A stretch of 64,000 bases of DNA from Somniosus microcephalus. Taxonomy: Eukaryota. The number at the start of each line of letters is the position of its first letter. Positions within the stretch are counted from its first letter, which is position 1. The stretch lies in NCBI GenBank assembly GCA_052327205.1, contig CM126206.1, positions 44,020,001 to 44,084,000 of the forward strand, written 5' to 3'. This document shows, piece by piece, positions 1-11,820 of the stretch. Below the pieces are notes generated by a model, which had not been told where the DNA came from, did no database searches, and worked only from the letters and a program-made list of their open reading frames with translations. A program made the position numbers and the translations under genes.

Positions 1-310
1 CGCCCCAGATGGAGGTTGAAATCACTGAGGATGAGAAGTCGTTCGGTGCAGAGGCTTAAGGAGGAGAGCAATGAAGATATCTCGGTAATAACATTTATGG
101 TACTTGGGTGAGCGGCAGAGAACAAGAATTTTAAATGAGGAGAGGGGGGTGGAATAAGGTGAGATGCTCAAAGGAGGAGAAAGTGCCGGAGGAGTAGGGG
201 AACAGACCAAGGTGTGATTTGATGATGCGAACCATACCGCCACCATGGCAGTCTGAGCGGGGCAAGTGGTGGAAGGTATAGCCAGGCGGGGAGGCTTCAT
301 TTAAGAGTAA
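1..310 (-). mobile_element. L2-clade LINE endonuclease-region fragment
   Basis: Translation LNEASPPGYTFHHLPRSDCHGGG resembles the APE-domain PPGY...R.GGGV motif of L2/CR1-group ORF2; frameshifted. Confidence 0.6.
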
Positions 311-534
311 TGTGTCATCACCCTTCAACCAAGTTTCGATTAGGCACTTTACAGCCTTCTGGACTCAAAGTTCAACAATTTCAGATCATAACCTTCGCCC
401 CGATCTCATATATATATATTTTTTATCCACACTCTGTCTGTCTTTTTCTTCTCCCCCACATGGCAGCTGTCTTTCATTCTGCCAGCGCAATTTACACTTC
501 ATCTAGAGCCATCCTTTGTTTCTTAACCTGTCCC

Positions 535-1143
535 ATAGAAACATAGAAGATAGGAGCAGGAGTCAGCCATTCGGCCCCTCGAGCCTGCTCCGCCATTCAA
601 TGAGATCATGGCTGATCATCCAAATTCAGTGCCCTGTCTCTGCCTTCTCCCCATATCCCTCGATCCCTTTAGCCTTAAGAAATATATCTAACTCCTTCTT
701 GAATATATTTGATGAATTGGCCTCAACTGTGGTAGAGAATTCCACAGGCTCACCACTCTTGGGTGAAGAAATTCCTCCTCATCTCTGTCCTAAATAGCTT
801 ACCCCTTATCCTTAGACTGTGACCCCTGGTTCTGGACTCCCCCGCCATCGGGAACATTCTTCCTGTATCAAGTCTGTCTAGTCCTGTTAGAATTTTTAAA
901 GTTTCAATGAGATCCCCTCTCATTCTTCTAAACTCCAGCGAGTATAAGCCCAATTGACCCAATCTCTCCTCATACGTCATTCCTGCCATCCAAGGTATCA
1001 GTCTGGTGAATCTTTGCTGCACTCCCTCCATGGCAAGAACATCCTTCCTCAGATAAGGCGACCAAAACTGCACACAATACTCAAGGTGTGGTCTCACCAA
1101 GGCCCTGTACAACTGCAGCAAGACATCCTTGCCCCTGTACTCT
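535..1143 (-). mobile_element. CR1/HER1-type LINE, 5'-truncated 3' end (copy 1 of a young subfamily)
   Basis: ORF2 C-terminus LYRALVRPHLEYCVQFWSPYLRKD...RMRGDLIE...SRTRGHSL; 3' tail of short CTATGTTT-like repeats. Confidence 0.93.
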
Positions 1144-1286
1144 AATCAGGACACGTGGAAAACTCCCCATCTGCACTTTGAACAGTACCATGGGATCTTT
1201 TACAGCCACCCGAGAGGACCAATAGGACCTCTGTTTAAGGCCTCATCTGAAAGAAGGTAGCACAGACAGTGCAGCTCTCCCTCAGT

Positions 1287-1745
1287 AAAGACAGACTTGC
1301 ATTTCTATAGCGCCGTTCATGACCATCGGGAGTCCCAAAGCGCTTTACAGCCAATGAATTACTTTTTGAAGTGTAGTCACTGTTGTAATGTAGGAAACGT
1401 GGCAGCCAATTTGCACTCAGCAAGCTCCCAAAAACAGCAACATGATAATGACAAGATAATCTGTTTTAGTGATGTTGATTGAGGGATAAATATTGGCCAG
1501 GACACTGGGGAGAACACCCCTGCTCCTCTTCGAAATAGTGCTATAGGATCTTTTACATCCACCTGAGTGCGCAGGCGGGGCCTCGGTATAACGTCTCATC
1601 CGAAAGAGGGCACCTCCGACAGTGCAGCACTCCCTTCAATACCGCACTGGAGTGTCAGCCAAGATTATGCGCTCAGGTCTTTGGAGTGGAGCTTGAACTC
1701 CTGGCCTCCTAACTCAGGCGAGTGTGCTACCTCTGAGCCAACGCC
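1287..1745 (-). mobile_element. tRNA-derived DeuSINE (SacSINE1/AmnSINE1-like), near full length; a partial copy lies at 1150-1285
   Basis: Reverse strand reads tRNA-like head, Deu-domain GTGCTGCACTGTCGGAGGTGCC...CGGATGAGACGTT...TCCTGGCCAATATTTATCCCTCAA, and tail ...GCGCTATAGAAATGCAAGTCT. Repeated many times in the window. Confidence 0.85.
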
Positions 1746-2573
1746 AAGACAAAGTAGATAACAGTTCTTTACAAAATGAAAACAAAAGGTTTTCAAATTT
1801 CAACATTAAGTTGTGTATGATGAAAATTGGCTACATTTGCAGAAACTATACAACAGTAAATCGCAAATCGTACCTTCCTAGATTAATAGTCATATTCTGT
1901 TTAAAGGAACCCACACATATTTAAATTGACAGTAAGAGTTGATCCCAAATCTGAACAAATGAACAGTAACTGCCTGTCTAAGTAACCAGGTTTCGCTGCA
2001 CATTCTTGTTCATCCCTTCAATGGGATTCTCAGAACAGAAAAGTTGCTGGACGTTAGCAAATTGACAGACTATCAAAGCAAACATGTCCTATTCTTGCCA
2101 CAACATCTTAGCAACCGTTTTGTTTGTGTGTAAGCCCAGATGTAGATGTCCATAGGTCACAAGGCCCCACTTACTCCCTTGCGCATCGTGCCTTGGGTAC
2201 ATTGTACCAGAATTACACACGCACACAGTATATACATTTCTCGATATTTCACTGAAGTTAATTCCTTTCTCTCACCATTTTTCTCGTTTCAATATTATGG
2301 GTGGTGTATTCCCAAATCAATATGGCACAATGAGCACTTCCAATAGCGACTAAAGGTCATAAATGCAACCAGGTCTTTTAATAAGTCATTACCAGTTTTT
2401 CATGCAGTGCACTTCCCTGTGAGCGCTGCACGCACTCATCCATTCCTGCCGGCTTCTGTTTTTTTATTAAAAAATCACAGTTTAAACTCGGTAGAAACAG
2501 CTACATGCAAGGTACCGTGCCTACTCCTATTATTTAGTTTAGAATTTACTGCTCAATATCTAGTAAAGCACCG

Positions 2574-3245
2574 TGGCCTAGAAATTCAGTAAGGCGCTGC
2601 CAGCTTTGCGGCCAGTTACCGCCCAAAGAGGGCTTCTGCGCCAATAGAGGAGGTTGCGCTGATATGGAGCTCGGTGGTAATGGCGGCGGTAGCGCTGCGC
2701 CGGCACCGATGATGTCATCGGTGTGCGCAGTGCCCCGTTTCTGCCCCGATGCCCATATTCAGTTGCCGCCGCCTCCTCCGTGGCGGCCGCTACTAACATC
2801 CGGAGACCGGGGCCTTACTGCAGCCTTAGTGGGGCGCATAAAGGTGGAGGTGCGGGCGGCCGCATGCCCGCACCTCCTTCACCACCCCCCCCCCCCCCCC
2901 CGCGGCATTGCCGGCTGCTTTTCGCGAGCCTGGCACTTCTCCGTGGTGCCGGGCTCATTTGCCGGCACAATCCAGCGGCGATCTCCCCGTTGCAGGCACC
3001 TCCACCTTGAGAAGGAGGAGGCCTGCAGTACCGCAGCCTGCCGCACCGCATCGGGTGTCGCAGCGGCACCTGGAGCGCTGAAATTCACTTTCAGCGCCCC
3101 AAGCGGGGGCGGGCACACCCTGGAATAGCGCCCGGTTCCGACTTGGGGCGCAAAAACTGAATATCTGACGGTCGCAACTGGCTCCGCGCCCAGCGCTAAC
3201 TTTTGGGCGCTAGCCAGCTGGCGGGGCCAGTGAATTTCTAGGCCC
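2574..3245. mobile_element. CpG-rich non-autonomous DNA transposon with terminal inverted repeats
   Basis: Left end TGGCCTAGAAATTCA, right end TGAATTTCTAGGCCC, with further imperfect subterminal symmetry; very GC/CpG-rich interior. TSD not clear. Confidence 0.75.
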
Positions 3246-3514
3246 AAGTGTCTAAATAAAAAAACTCAGGGCAAAAGTGAACAATTATTTGAGCCATAAC
3301 ACTATCTCCTAGCTCATTAGGCAGGAATTACAAGCAAAGGATCTGGCAGAGTTGTACTTTTACTATATTAAATTTACTTTCTGCACTCCCAGTAAACACC
3401 AATTGCATTTCTCTCCCATCTAAAGCAGTCCCCATACAATTTTATAGGTGTAAAATGTCTGTCAGGTAGGAATCACGCCACACATGCCCAATATGGGTAA
3501 TTTAAGAAATATTC

Positions 3515-3865
3515 CTCAGGATGTGGGCATCACTGGCAAGGCTGACATTTATTGCCTACCCCTAGTTGCCCTGAGAGAGTGCGGCTTATTCAACCACCTC
3601 AGATGGAAGTGGAGAGTCAACCACATTAGTGTGGTACTGGAGTCACATGTAGGCCAGACCAGAAAGGACAGCAGGTTTGCTTCCCAAAAGGACATTGGTG
3701 AATCAATTTTAACACCAATTTGACAAATTCACGGTCACTTTCACTGATAACAGGTTTTTAAAAAAAAAAAAGCCGAATGCAAATTCTTAAACTGCCACGG
3801 TGGGATTTGCACTTGCGTTTTCTGAATTACTAATCTACTAACATAAACATTGCACTATTATACAC
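3515..3865 (-). mobile_element. tRNA-head SINE sharing a 3' tail with the Crack-like LINE (other copies 20660-20975 +, 48770-48900 + partial)
   Basis: Tail GGATGTGGGCATCACTGGCAAGG...ATTTATTGCC is shared with the LINE at 31590; tRNA-like head toward 3860. Confidence 0.6.
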
Positions 3866-6040
3866 CTAATTTAATTTTTGTACTTTGACATTGAAATTTT
3901 TGACTATTTGTCCAGGAAAAGGCTGTGTTTAATTTTAATGTTAAATGTGGTTCACTTGCCGTTAGCTCCCAAAAACACACAAGTTATTCAGGTTGTGGAT
4001 TTAGACTTTTACCTGGGATACCACAGCAGTTAACAATTGTGTTTTCCACATACTAGTTTCAGATAATGGGAAATGTCCACCACCACCACCACATGTGCTC
4101 AATAGTATTTTTTGAATGGCTTCCATTCATCGAGCTATACAGATCCTGCAGGGCCAGCTTTGTGTGGGGGAAAACGATAGTTTGCAGCAGTTGAGAACTT
4201 GGCGAGAGCCATATAGTTCTTGCTCGTTGAGTACCATTCAGTCCACGATACTGACTAGTAAAGTGAGGTATGCCACATCAACAGCAAAGTTTACATAATT
4301 TTGTTTTTGATGCTACAAAGACAGATAGGAAATGAGTGAGGCTCATGAAAAGATGTCGCCATGCACTGGCAGGTGAGACACTTTGGAACTCAGTTACACA
4401 ATGAAGGGTCTTATTGTTAGAGTGCATAGACCTTAAAACAGTATCTACTTCAAAGTAAATCTTTTTCTGCTGAATTTGCACCAAAGTCCCAGTCCTCAGT
4501 ACAATTAACTACATGACCAAAATAAACTTGATTCCCCCTTTCACCACTTCACTACATTAGTCCTAGCTAGCCTGCCTCAATACTGAAGTGTCACCACTAC
4601 TGCCTAATTCATCTCAAAATACACAGCAGAATTCCATGACATCTCCCACAATGGAATTATGTCCTAAAAGCTTATGATAGTAAAAAAAAAATCAATGCTC
4701 ACACTAAAACATAATGCGAACCACTAATTGACAATGTAAGCCCATATGCTGGACCTGCACAATAAGCAAGATGCTAAATTTAGCACTCCTGACATCTTCA
4801 TACACCATACTCTGAAAATTAGTGTAGAATTCATACATAATTTAAACCTGCATCTAGACACATTAAGCAACCATTTGGAGATTTAAAAAAAACACGGTTT
4901 AGCTAATGCATTAGTTAATACAAAAATGTGTTTCACCAAACCTTTTTCTCCTTAAGCCACGTGACCATTCTACCAAAGTCTGCCTGCTCATAAGTCTTCC
5001 GTGGGTTTAAAACAATCCTTAAAAATGTGGGCAACAGCCAGTGATACTGTTCAAACTGTTGTAAATATAGGGAGTAGAAAGCAGTTTTAGGGGATTAACA
5101 TACCCACAGTTACCCTACCACAGCTACTTCAACTGAAGAACACTCAGCAGATAGATGACCTACCCGATAGAGCAATCTTCATGCCTTGAATGATATGCAT
5201 CCTCCACATACTGAAGCCCTCCTGGGAAACCATGTGCTGAGTATGCACACAAAGGTGTCACTGATATTACAAGTGTGCAGCATTGCACATTGTTACCTGC
5301 TCCTGCATGAGAGAATTACCAGGCCCATCACCCTGGCCATATTGTTTTAAAGTGAAGCAAATCACTCAACAGAGTGACACCCAAAAAACAAAACATGCCC
5401 CAGGGCCTGTGGGGAATTGCAGCTTTTGAAAGTTGTATTCTTCAAAAATTGAAGACTGAGCTACCATGTTGATAATCTATCCTCCTCAACACACAAGAGC
5501 ACACCGTAGTACAGTTAGGCCATATGTAGGAAACATAACCTCAGCTGTCAGCACCCATCGGCCAAAGGAATGATTGTGCACTGCAATTAAATCTGGATAG
5601 CATTGTCCAATAAAGGAGGAATGCTTCATGTGGCAGCCAGATATATGCTATTAAACTGGAACGAGATATCCGTATGCCCAGAAAGCACACATAGAACAGG
5701 TGGATTTAACCTTCACCCACCCCTCACCCAAACTTTTTCCCTCCAACATAGTAGTTACAATGCATCGTCATCCACTTGGCTATTCATTAAATCGGTGGTT
5801 TGCCATGGGCCTTCGCATCATAGAAAACAAACCTTTCAGGCTTCCTAAACTGCTCTGTATTAGATGCAACTTAGGACTTTGTGAGCATCTACAGAGGAAA
5901 TTAGGTCACAGTCCCAACAATGTGGATAAAATAATGCAACAACTTTTTGATCCAAATGAAACTGGGAAGCAACTGTAGATTTTAAAAAGCTGCATACGAG
6001 TCTAATGGACTGTCTTGAATGCCAACTCAAACAGTTGATT

Positions 6041-6566
6041 TACAGGAAACTCTCGTTTAAACGGCACCCAAATATCCAGAATTCTCCATTAACCGGCAAA
6101 ATTCTCGCGCCGAAAACAACACCTCAATAACCGGCAATGTTGCCGAGCCCAAGTCTCCTGTGGTGGCCAAGTTAGTCAGTGGGGATAGTTCTCCAAACTG
6201 CCACTACTCGGCTTCTTGGTGCTGTCGGAAGTCGAACACCTCAATACCCCTGTACCAGGAGTCTGACTCTCCCGTGCTGCCAGTAGTCTCTTCTGATCTG
6301 CCATTTTACAGGGGTACTGTGTCTCCCACGCTGCTGGTAGTCATTGCATTACCCTCAACTGGCAGTACTGTACTTAATCAAGCATCTTCCACCATCCATT
6401 TAACAACATTCTGTAGGTGAGTACCCAATTACTGTACACTGCACATTTCTTGATTTTTAAAAAAAAATTTTGTTAAAAATAGCCTCGGTAGATAATCCTC
6501 TCAGTCATCCGGAATTTTTGATCAACCGGCAACACGCCGGTCCCGGATACCAAAGAGTTTCCTGTA
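6041..6566. mobile_element. Tc1/mariner (pogo/Tigger-like) MITE, longer variant with a different interior
   Basis: TA-CAGGAAACT...AGTTTCCTG-TA termini; subterminal AACCGGCA repeats. Confidence 0.85.
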
Positions 6567-6754
6567 CATAAAAGGCTGGCCAGTTCATTAACACTGCCAT
6601 GAAGCTTTCCATGCAATGAAGAAACTCACATGGGACCCAACTGGACATATTTCTAAAACTGACTATCCATCGCAATATCGTATCAAACCAAATGTGAACA
6701 CGTCATGAAGGATGGAAATAGTGCCAACATGAAACCTACCTGAACAGAACTCAA

Positions 6755-6915
6755 ATAAAGACAGAAAATGCTGGAAATACTGGGTTCTGACGAAAGGTCA
6801 TCGACCTGAAACGTTAACTCTGTTCCTCTCTCCACAGATGCTGCCTGATCTGCTGAGTATTTCCAGCATTTTATGTTTTTAGTTCAGATGTCCAGCATTT
6901 GCAGTATTTTACTTA
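6755..6915 (+). repeat. Penelope-derived palindromic repeat containing a minimal hammerhead motif; degraded second copy at 12320-12510
   Basis: AAAATGCTGGAAATACT...AGTATTTCCAGCATTTT inverted arms, with CTGACGA-stem-GAAACGTT core at 6787-6815. Confidence 0.75.
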
Positions 6916-7089
6916 ACAGAACTTGTGGACCATCATATGAGAGTTAGTTTTTTTTAAAAACCACTGGAATTGTGAATATATTATACTTAACTGTTGTATT
7001 TAAAATAGTGAATTTGCACAGGTTTAAAAAAGACAGGCTGAAGGCTCAGATTTTTTTTTGGGGGGGGGGGGGGGGGAAAAGAGAGAAAG

Positions 7090-7845
7090 GAGGGGGAAAT
7101 AAAACATTTGCAAGGGACATCAAAGCCAACAGCTAAAGTTTTTATAAATATATTGAGAGAAAGTGGTAATGGGGACCAATTAGACAGATGCAGGTGAGAC
7201 TATAATGGATAAGAAAACGGCAGATTCATTAAATGAATACTTTGCATCAGTTTTCACAGTGGAGGAAGGTGACAAAATACCAGCGCTACAAGGGAACCTA
7301 AAATTAAGTCAAAGAGAGGAACTTGGATTCAACGCAAGTTTTAAAAAATTATATAAAAATGGTAATGGAGATGATAATGGGACTTACGATGGACAAATTT
7401 CCAGGACCTGATGGTTTCCACCCCAGGATATTGAAAGAAATTGCAGATGAGTTGGCCACAATTTTCTAAAGCTCTCTAGATTCAGGAATTGCACCTTTGG
7501 ACTGGAAAATTGCAAATGTCACTCCATTACTTAAGATAGGAGAGGGGAAGATATCAGGTAACTACAGACTTATCAATTGAGGGGATATTACTGGAATCTA
7601 TCAATCAGAGACGAGAGTGACTGAGCACTTGGACAAGTATGAACAGATCAGAGAGTCTCGCTCCCCCAAAAGGCTGTGCATATTGGGTCAACTGAAATTT
7701 TCAAGACTAAGATCAATAGATTTTTTGTTAGGTAAGGGTATCGAGAGATATGGAATGAAGGCGGGTAAATGGAGTTGAGGTACAGACCAGCTGTGATCTA
7801 AGTGAAAGATGGTATAGGCTCAAGGGGCTGAGTGGCTGTTCCTGG
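7090..7845 (+). mobile_element. Degraded, internally deleted CR1 LINE
   Basis: ADSLNEYFASVFTVEE, PGPDGFHPRILKE and WKIANVTPL motifs, followed by a CR1 3' UTR. Confidence 0.85.
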
Positions 7846-8510
7846 ACAGCTGTTCCTGGACAGCTAGACAACCAGGTAAGTTAGGGAAGGAGCCTGGCCT
7901 AGCAAGGGAAACTCACTCAACTCAAGCCGAGATTCGGTCGGAATCAGAAGCCTGACCAGGAAAAGTTAAGCAAACCCATTAACAAGAGGTAGGACTTATT
8001 TTTTTGTTCTCAGAGGGCTCTGTAGTTAGTAGAGTGTGATTTGATCACTGTTACTGTGTACATTCATTTGCTCTCTCTAAAAATAAAGCAGCTTAACAAT
8101 TTGCATCAGGCCTCATCTCACTATTGTTTTTCAGTCTGCCTTTGGAGAGAAAAAAAATGGAGAAGTGCACGAAGGTATGTGCAATAAGACATCCCGTTTA
8201 GATCACAAAGGGTTACGCCCCTGGGTTAAGCTATTGCATAAATAGACAATTGGCGGTACCGGGACCCACCTGAAAGCAAGATGCTCGGACCAGTTACAGG
8301 AGTACCCAAAAGACTATCTATGGGAGACCCAACATTCAAGAATGTGAAAGCTTCATTTTAAATTAAAACTAACAGTAAAAAACAATGCCAGTTTTCAAGG
8401 ACATTTTAAGCCAAAATCTACTAAAAACTGAGATACTTCACTCTAAGGAGGAGATTAAGAACATGTGGGACACCCATGGTTCTACCACTCCATGTAGTTC
8501 ATTAGTACAC

Positions 8511-8848
8511 TACAGGAAACTTTCTGGTATCCAGCACTGACGGGACCGAGCTGGTGCCGGTCGATCAACACTGCCGGAGAAACCAGCGCTAATGTTAAAA
8601 CATACGGAGCTTCTGAGCTCCGTATCTAGCAACAAACCCTGCTGCTTAGCAACAGCTTCAAAACAGTCGGCGCAGCTTGCAAGCGTCTCTGTAGCTAAGC
8701 AACAGCTTCAGCTAGACGCTTGCAGAGCCAGGAATGGAGAAAAAAAGCAACGAAAAGTAAAAAAAGTTATCTGAACCGACTCCTGAATTTTGCTGGTGGA
8801 TAGAGCATTCTGGAGATTTAACCTCCATTTAAACGAAAGTTTCCTGTA
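8511..8848. mobile_element. Tc1/mariner-type MITE (orientation A)
   Basis: TACAGGAAACTTT...AAAGTTTCCTGTA, 338 bp including TA duplications. Confidence 0.9.
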
Positions 8849-9208
8849 CCACTTTTGTGCTTCAATAAGAATTGATAACTAGTTTTCAGTCTCAACAGAT
8901 AATATGTATCTTCAGCCAGGCAATGCCAAGTCAATTCCTCGGTTTAACTTTTCTGATTTAAAGCTGCTCCCATCACTGCAGCACCAACTCAGACAGAAAC
9001 CATCGAGACCAAAGTAAGTTGGCAAATTTTATTTTGGACCGTTGAAAAGATTTGGAAGTAGTCAAACGAATTTGAAAGTAGGAAATACCTGGTTGCAAAA
9101 TTTGGCAAGAATCAATTGGATCAAATACCAGCTACATCTTTTTAAAAAAATCACAAGTTGTTGTACATGCCAATCAAATCAATTTCCTCCCTCCCAGAAA
9201 ACACTTAC

Positions 9209-9320
9209 TGTGGCTGCTCCATTGACCTGTACTGATTTACTTGCAGTAGAAAGAGGTGTAGTCAGTCTTTCCAAGGGAGTCTGTGTTTCTCTTTGCTTGG
9301 TTTCTTGGCTCTTTATTTCA
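9209..9320 (-). CDS. LARP4B: LARP4B penultimate coding exon (EIKSQETKQRETQTPLERLTTPLSTASKSVQVNGAAT)
   Basis: tttatag|T acceptor, ACA|GTAAGT donor; 112 nt. KSVQVNGAAT is conserved. The final exon (ELRKPSYAEICQ...) was not found in 1-9208. Confidence 0.94.
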
Positions 9321-9418
9321 CTATAAAAATAAAAGACCACAAATGTAACTTTCATTTTTGTTATAAACACCAACTATGAACATTCTTCCTAAAAAATAAT
9401 CCTGTAGCAGTGCATAAA

Positions 9419-9436
9419 GGCCACTAGGTGACACCA
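9419..9436 (+). promoter_or_regulatory. Candidate CTCF site
   Basis: GGCCACTAGGTGACACCA, one mismatch to the CCACTAGGTGGCAC core, preceded by a GCAGTGC upstream-module-like word. Confidence 0.4.
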
Positions 9437-9669
9437 GTACAGACTGCTACCCTTCCTTAAACTACAGGAGACACACCATTTTTTTTTTGGTTTCTGCAAA
9501 ATGAAGTGCACGAGGGCATGTGCAGGAAGATATCCAACGTGTCACCACCCCCCACCCCCATTCTATTTTTCAATTTTGTGTTATATAGCAGTGTGAGCAA
9601 CCTCTCCCCTCCCAGAAGTAAAAAGGTCAAAATCACACTATATGCAGAATAGCAACAAACACAACTTGT

Positions 9670-10150
9670 TCATTTTTGGGCACAGAGCCGATGTGGAAGG
9701 ATAGATTGGCTTTGGAAGAGGTACAGTGCAGATTCACCAGAGCTTAAGAGTTAAATTAGGAGGGCTGATTTCATAAACTTGGCTTGCATTCTTTGAGTTT
9801 CGAAGGTTGAGGGATGATCTAATCTTTTAGTGTTTAAAATGATAAAGGGATTCGATAGTGTAGATACAGAGAAACTAATTCCTCTGGGCTGTATCATTCT
9901 ATGGTGGGGAAGAGCTAGGCTATTTAGGAGAGAAATCAGGAAGCACTTCACACTCAAAATCTGGAACTTGCCCCTCAAAGGGCTATGGATGCTGGGTCAA
10001 TTAAAATTTATAAGACTGCGATCAATATATCTTTATTTGTCAAGAGTATCAAGCATATGGAACAAAAGTCAGGTAAATGGAGTTGAGGTACTGATCAGCA
10101 ATGGTCTAATTGAATGGCACAACTGGCTTGAAACTGAAGAGCCTACTTTT
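9670..10150 (+). mobile_element. Degraded CR1 LINE 3' end
   Basis: LALEEVQCRFTR...VFKMIKGFDSVDTEKLIPL and a CR1-type 3' UTR. Confidence 0.8.
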
Positions 10151-11802
10151 GTTCACATGAAGCACAGGCTTGTAAGAATCAAACACCAGAGGGAAAATTA
10201 TCAAAGGATCATATAAACCCTTGTTGCTTCCTCAGAGCAAATGCCAATAACTAGCTTGGTTTCTCCCTGTACTCATTAGAAACAAACACCAGTAAACTAA
10301 AGTTGTTGCTCAATATTAAGGTCAGGTGAGAATTCAATTTCTTCCAAACCTCTAGTGCCAAATCACACCCTGGACAGATCCCAACTCAATAAATCTGTTC
10401 CTCCAATTGAAAGTGCAAATCCTGTGCTTCCTTCCTTGTTATTTTAACCTTTGCTTTGTTCAGTATAGAGTTCAACCATCTGAATTACTATAAGCAATAT
10501 GGCCTTCAGGATATTGATGGGGCATTGATCATATTCTGTAGCTTTCCCCAAGGTCTTATGGTCCTCTTACTTACAAACATAAAAAGTTAGCATCACTGAT
10601 TCGGTATCACTGATGCACAACAGATCTTGCCCAGGTCATCGTCCTACCTCAAGAGAAAACAGAAGAGTTTGTATTTTTGCAAAATTCGTTGCTTTTGACA
10701 CTTGGATAAAACAGCACTCACTCCTGGCAACACCAAAGCTGCTCTGAGGTCCATCACTGTCTAAAGCAGGTCCGAGGCTCTATAGGATGGCCCTGCTTGG
10801 GTTAATCAAGGTAGATATTCTGACAAACCTGACCATAGTCTGCAATAAGCTTTGATAACTGGGAAAAAAACTACAAAAAAAGTTACCTTTACTAATTCCC
10901 TGTAGGGTGGCTACTTGATCAGCTTCCTACTCCGTCATGCTAAATTTATCAGCAGGTCCATTCTGGTATGAGCCACTTGTTGCTGGGTCTTGATAATAAA
11001 GACTGATTCCAGAACAAAGGTAGCTGCTTTGAACGCTATGGGAGCAATGAATAAGCTAACTATCAATTGGTTACTTAGAAGCTCTGATCACAACTGGGAC
11101 AGACAGACAGGTGGCTGATTCTAAAGATGGGGCCTGTGGTGACTGATGTTGGAGATGGAACTCAGTCATATGCACACACTTTGAATATGGTTCACCTTGT
11201 GCACATAATGGAAAGGTTCAAAAACATTCCCCAGTCCTACCTTTGGAGTGAATGAGCGATTCTATGGTGAACTGGGCGGCCCAGAGGGTCACCTTTCAGC
11301 AAAGGAATCAGGCATATCAAACCTTGTCCTGTGGTTCATGCTTCAAGTTGTACGATGATGGAAGATACCCCTGTGAGAATCTGTTATCTAAATACATGCA
11401 TGGCACTGAAGACAGGTTTTTAAACTGGAAACTAGACAGGACTGCAAGAATCCTTGTAACTAAAGAAAAAGACAAAGCTCCAACATGTGATGATTGTAGG
11501 AAGAGGATTTGTGAGCTATTTAAACACAAAGGAATAACCCAATACACAACATGACATGGATGAAATTCAGAGTTAATAAAAATAGTTAACATTTTATTAC
11601 ACTGACTGGCTGCAAGAACTACATTTTATCAACAGCTTCATGGCATTTAATTTTGCAAACTGTATTTTTACTGTAAAGAGAGTGCAAAATAATCAATTTG
11701 TCCATGACAGAACCAGTGAAACCGTAATTAAATCTAACTGGTGCACTGAACACAAAGTGCATGATTTTTGGAGGGAAGAAGCCAGCAAAAGAAACTGGCA
11801 AT

Positions 11803-11820
11803 GGGCGCCACCTGCTGGAA
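11803..11820 (-). promoter_or_regulatory. Candidate CTCF site
   Basis: Reverse strand TTCCAGCAGGTGGCGCCC is a canonical CTCF core in AT-rich, non-repeat intron. Confidence 0.55.

Noticed and set aside
2578-3247. Several overlapping 70-150 aa ORFs as a gene or CpG-island promoter
   Set aside because: By-products of high GC inside a TIR-bounded element; no splice structure or recognisable protein.
1-9208. Final LARP4B coding exon (ELRKPSYAEICQ...) and 3' UTR
   Set aside because: Searched by eye on the minus strand and not found; presumed to lie beyond position 1.
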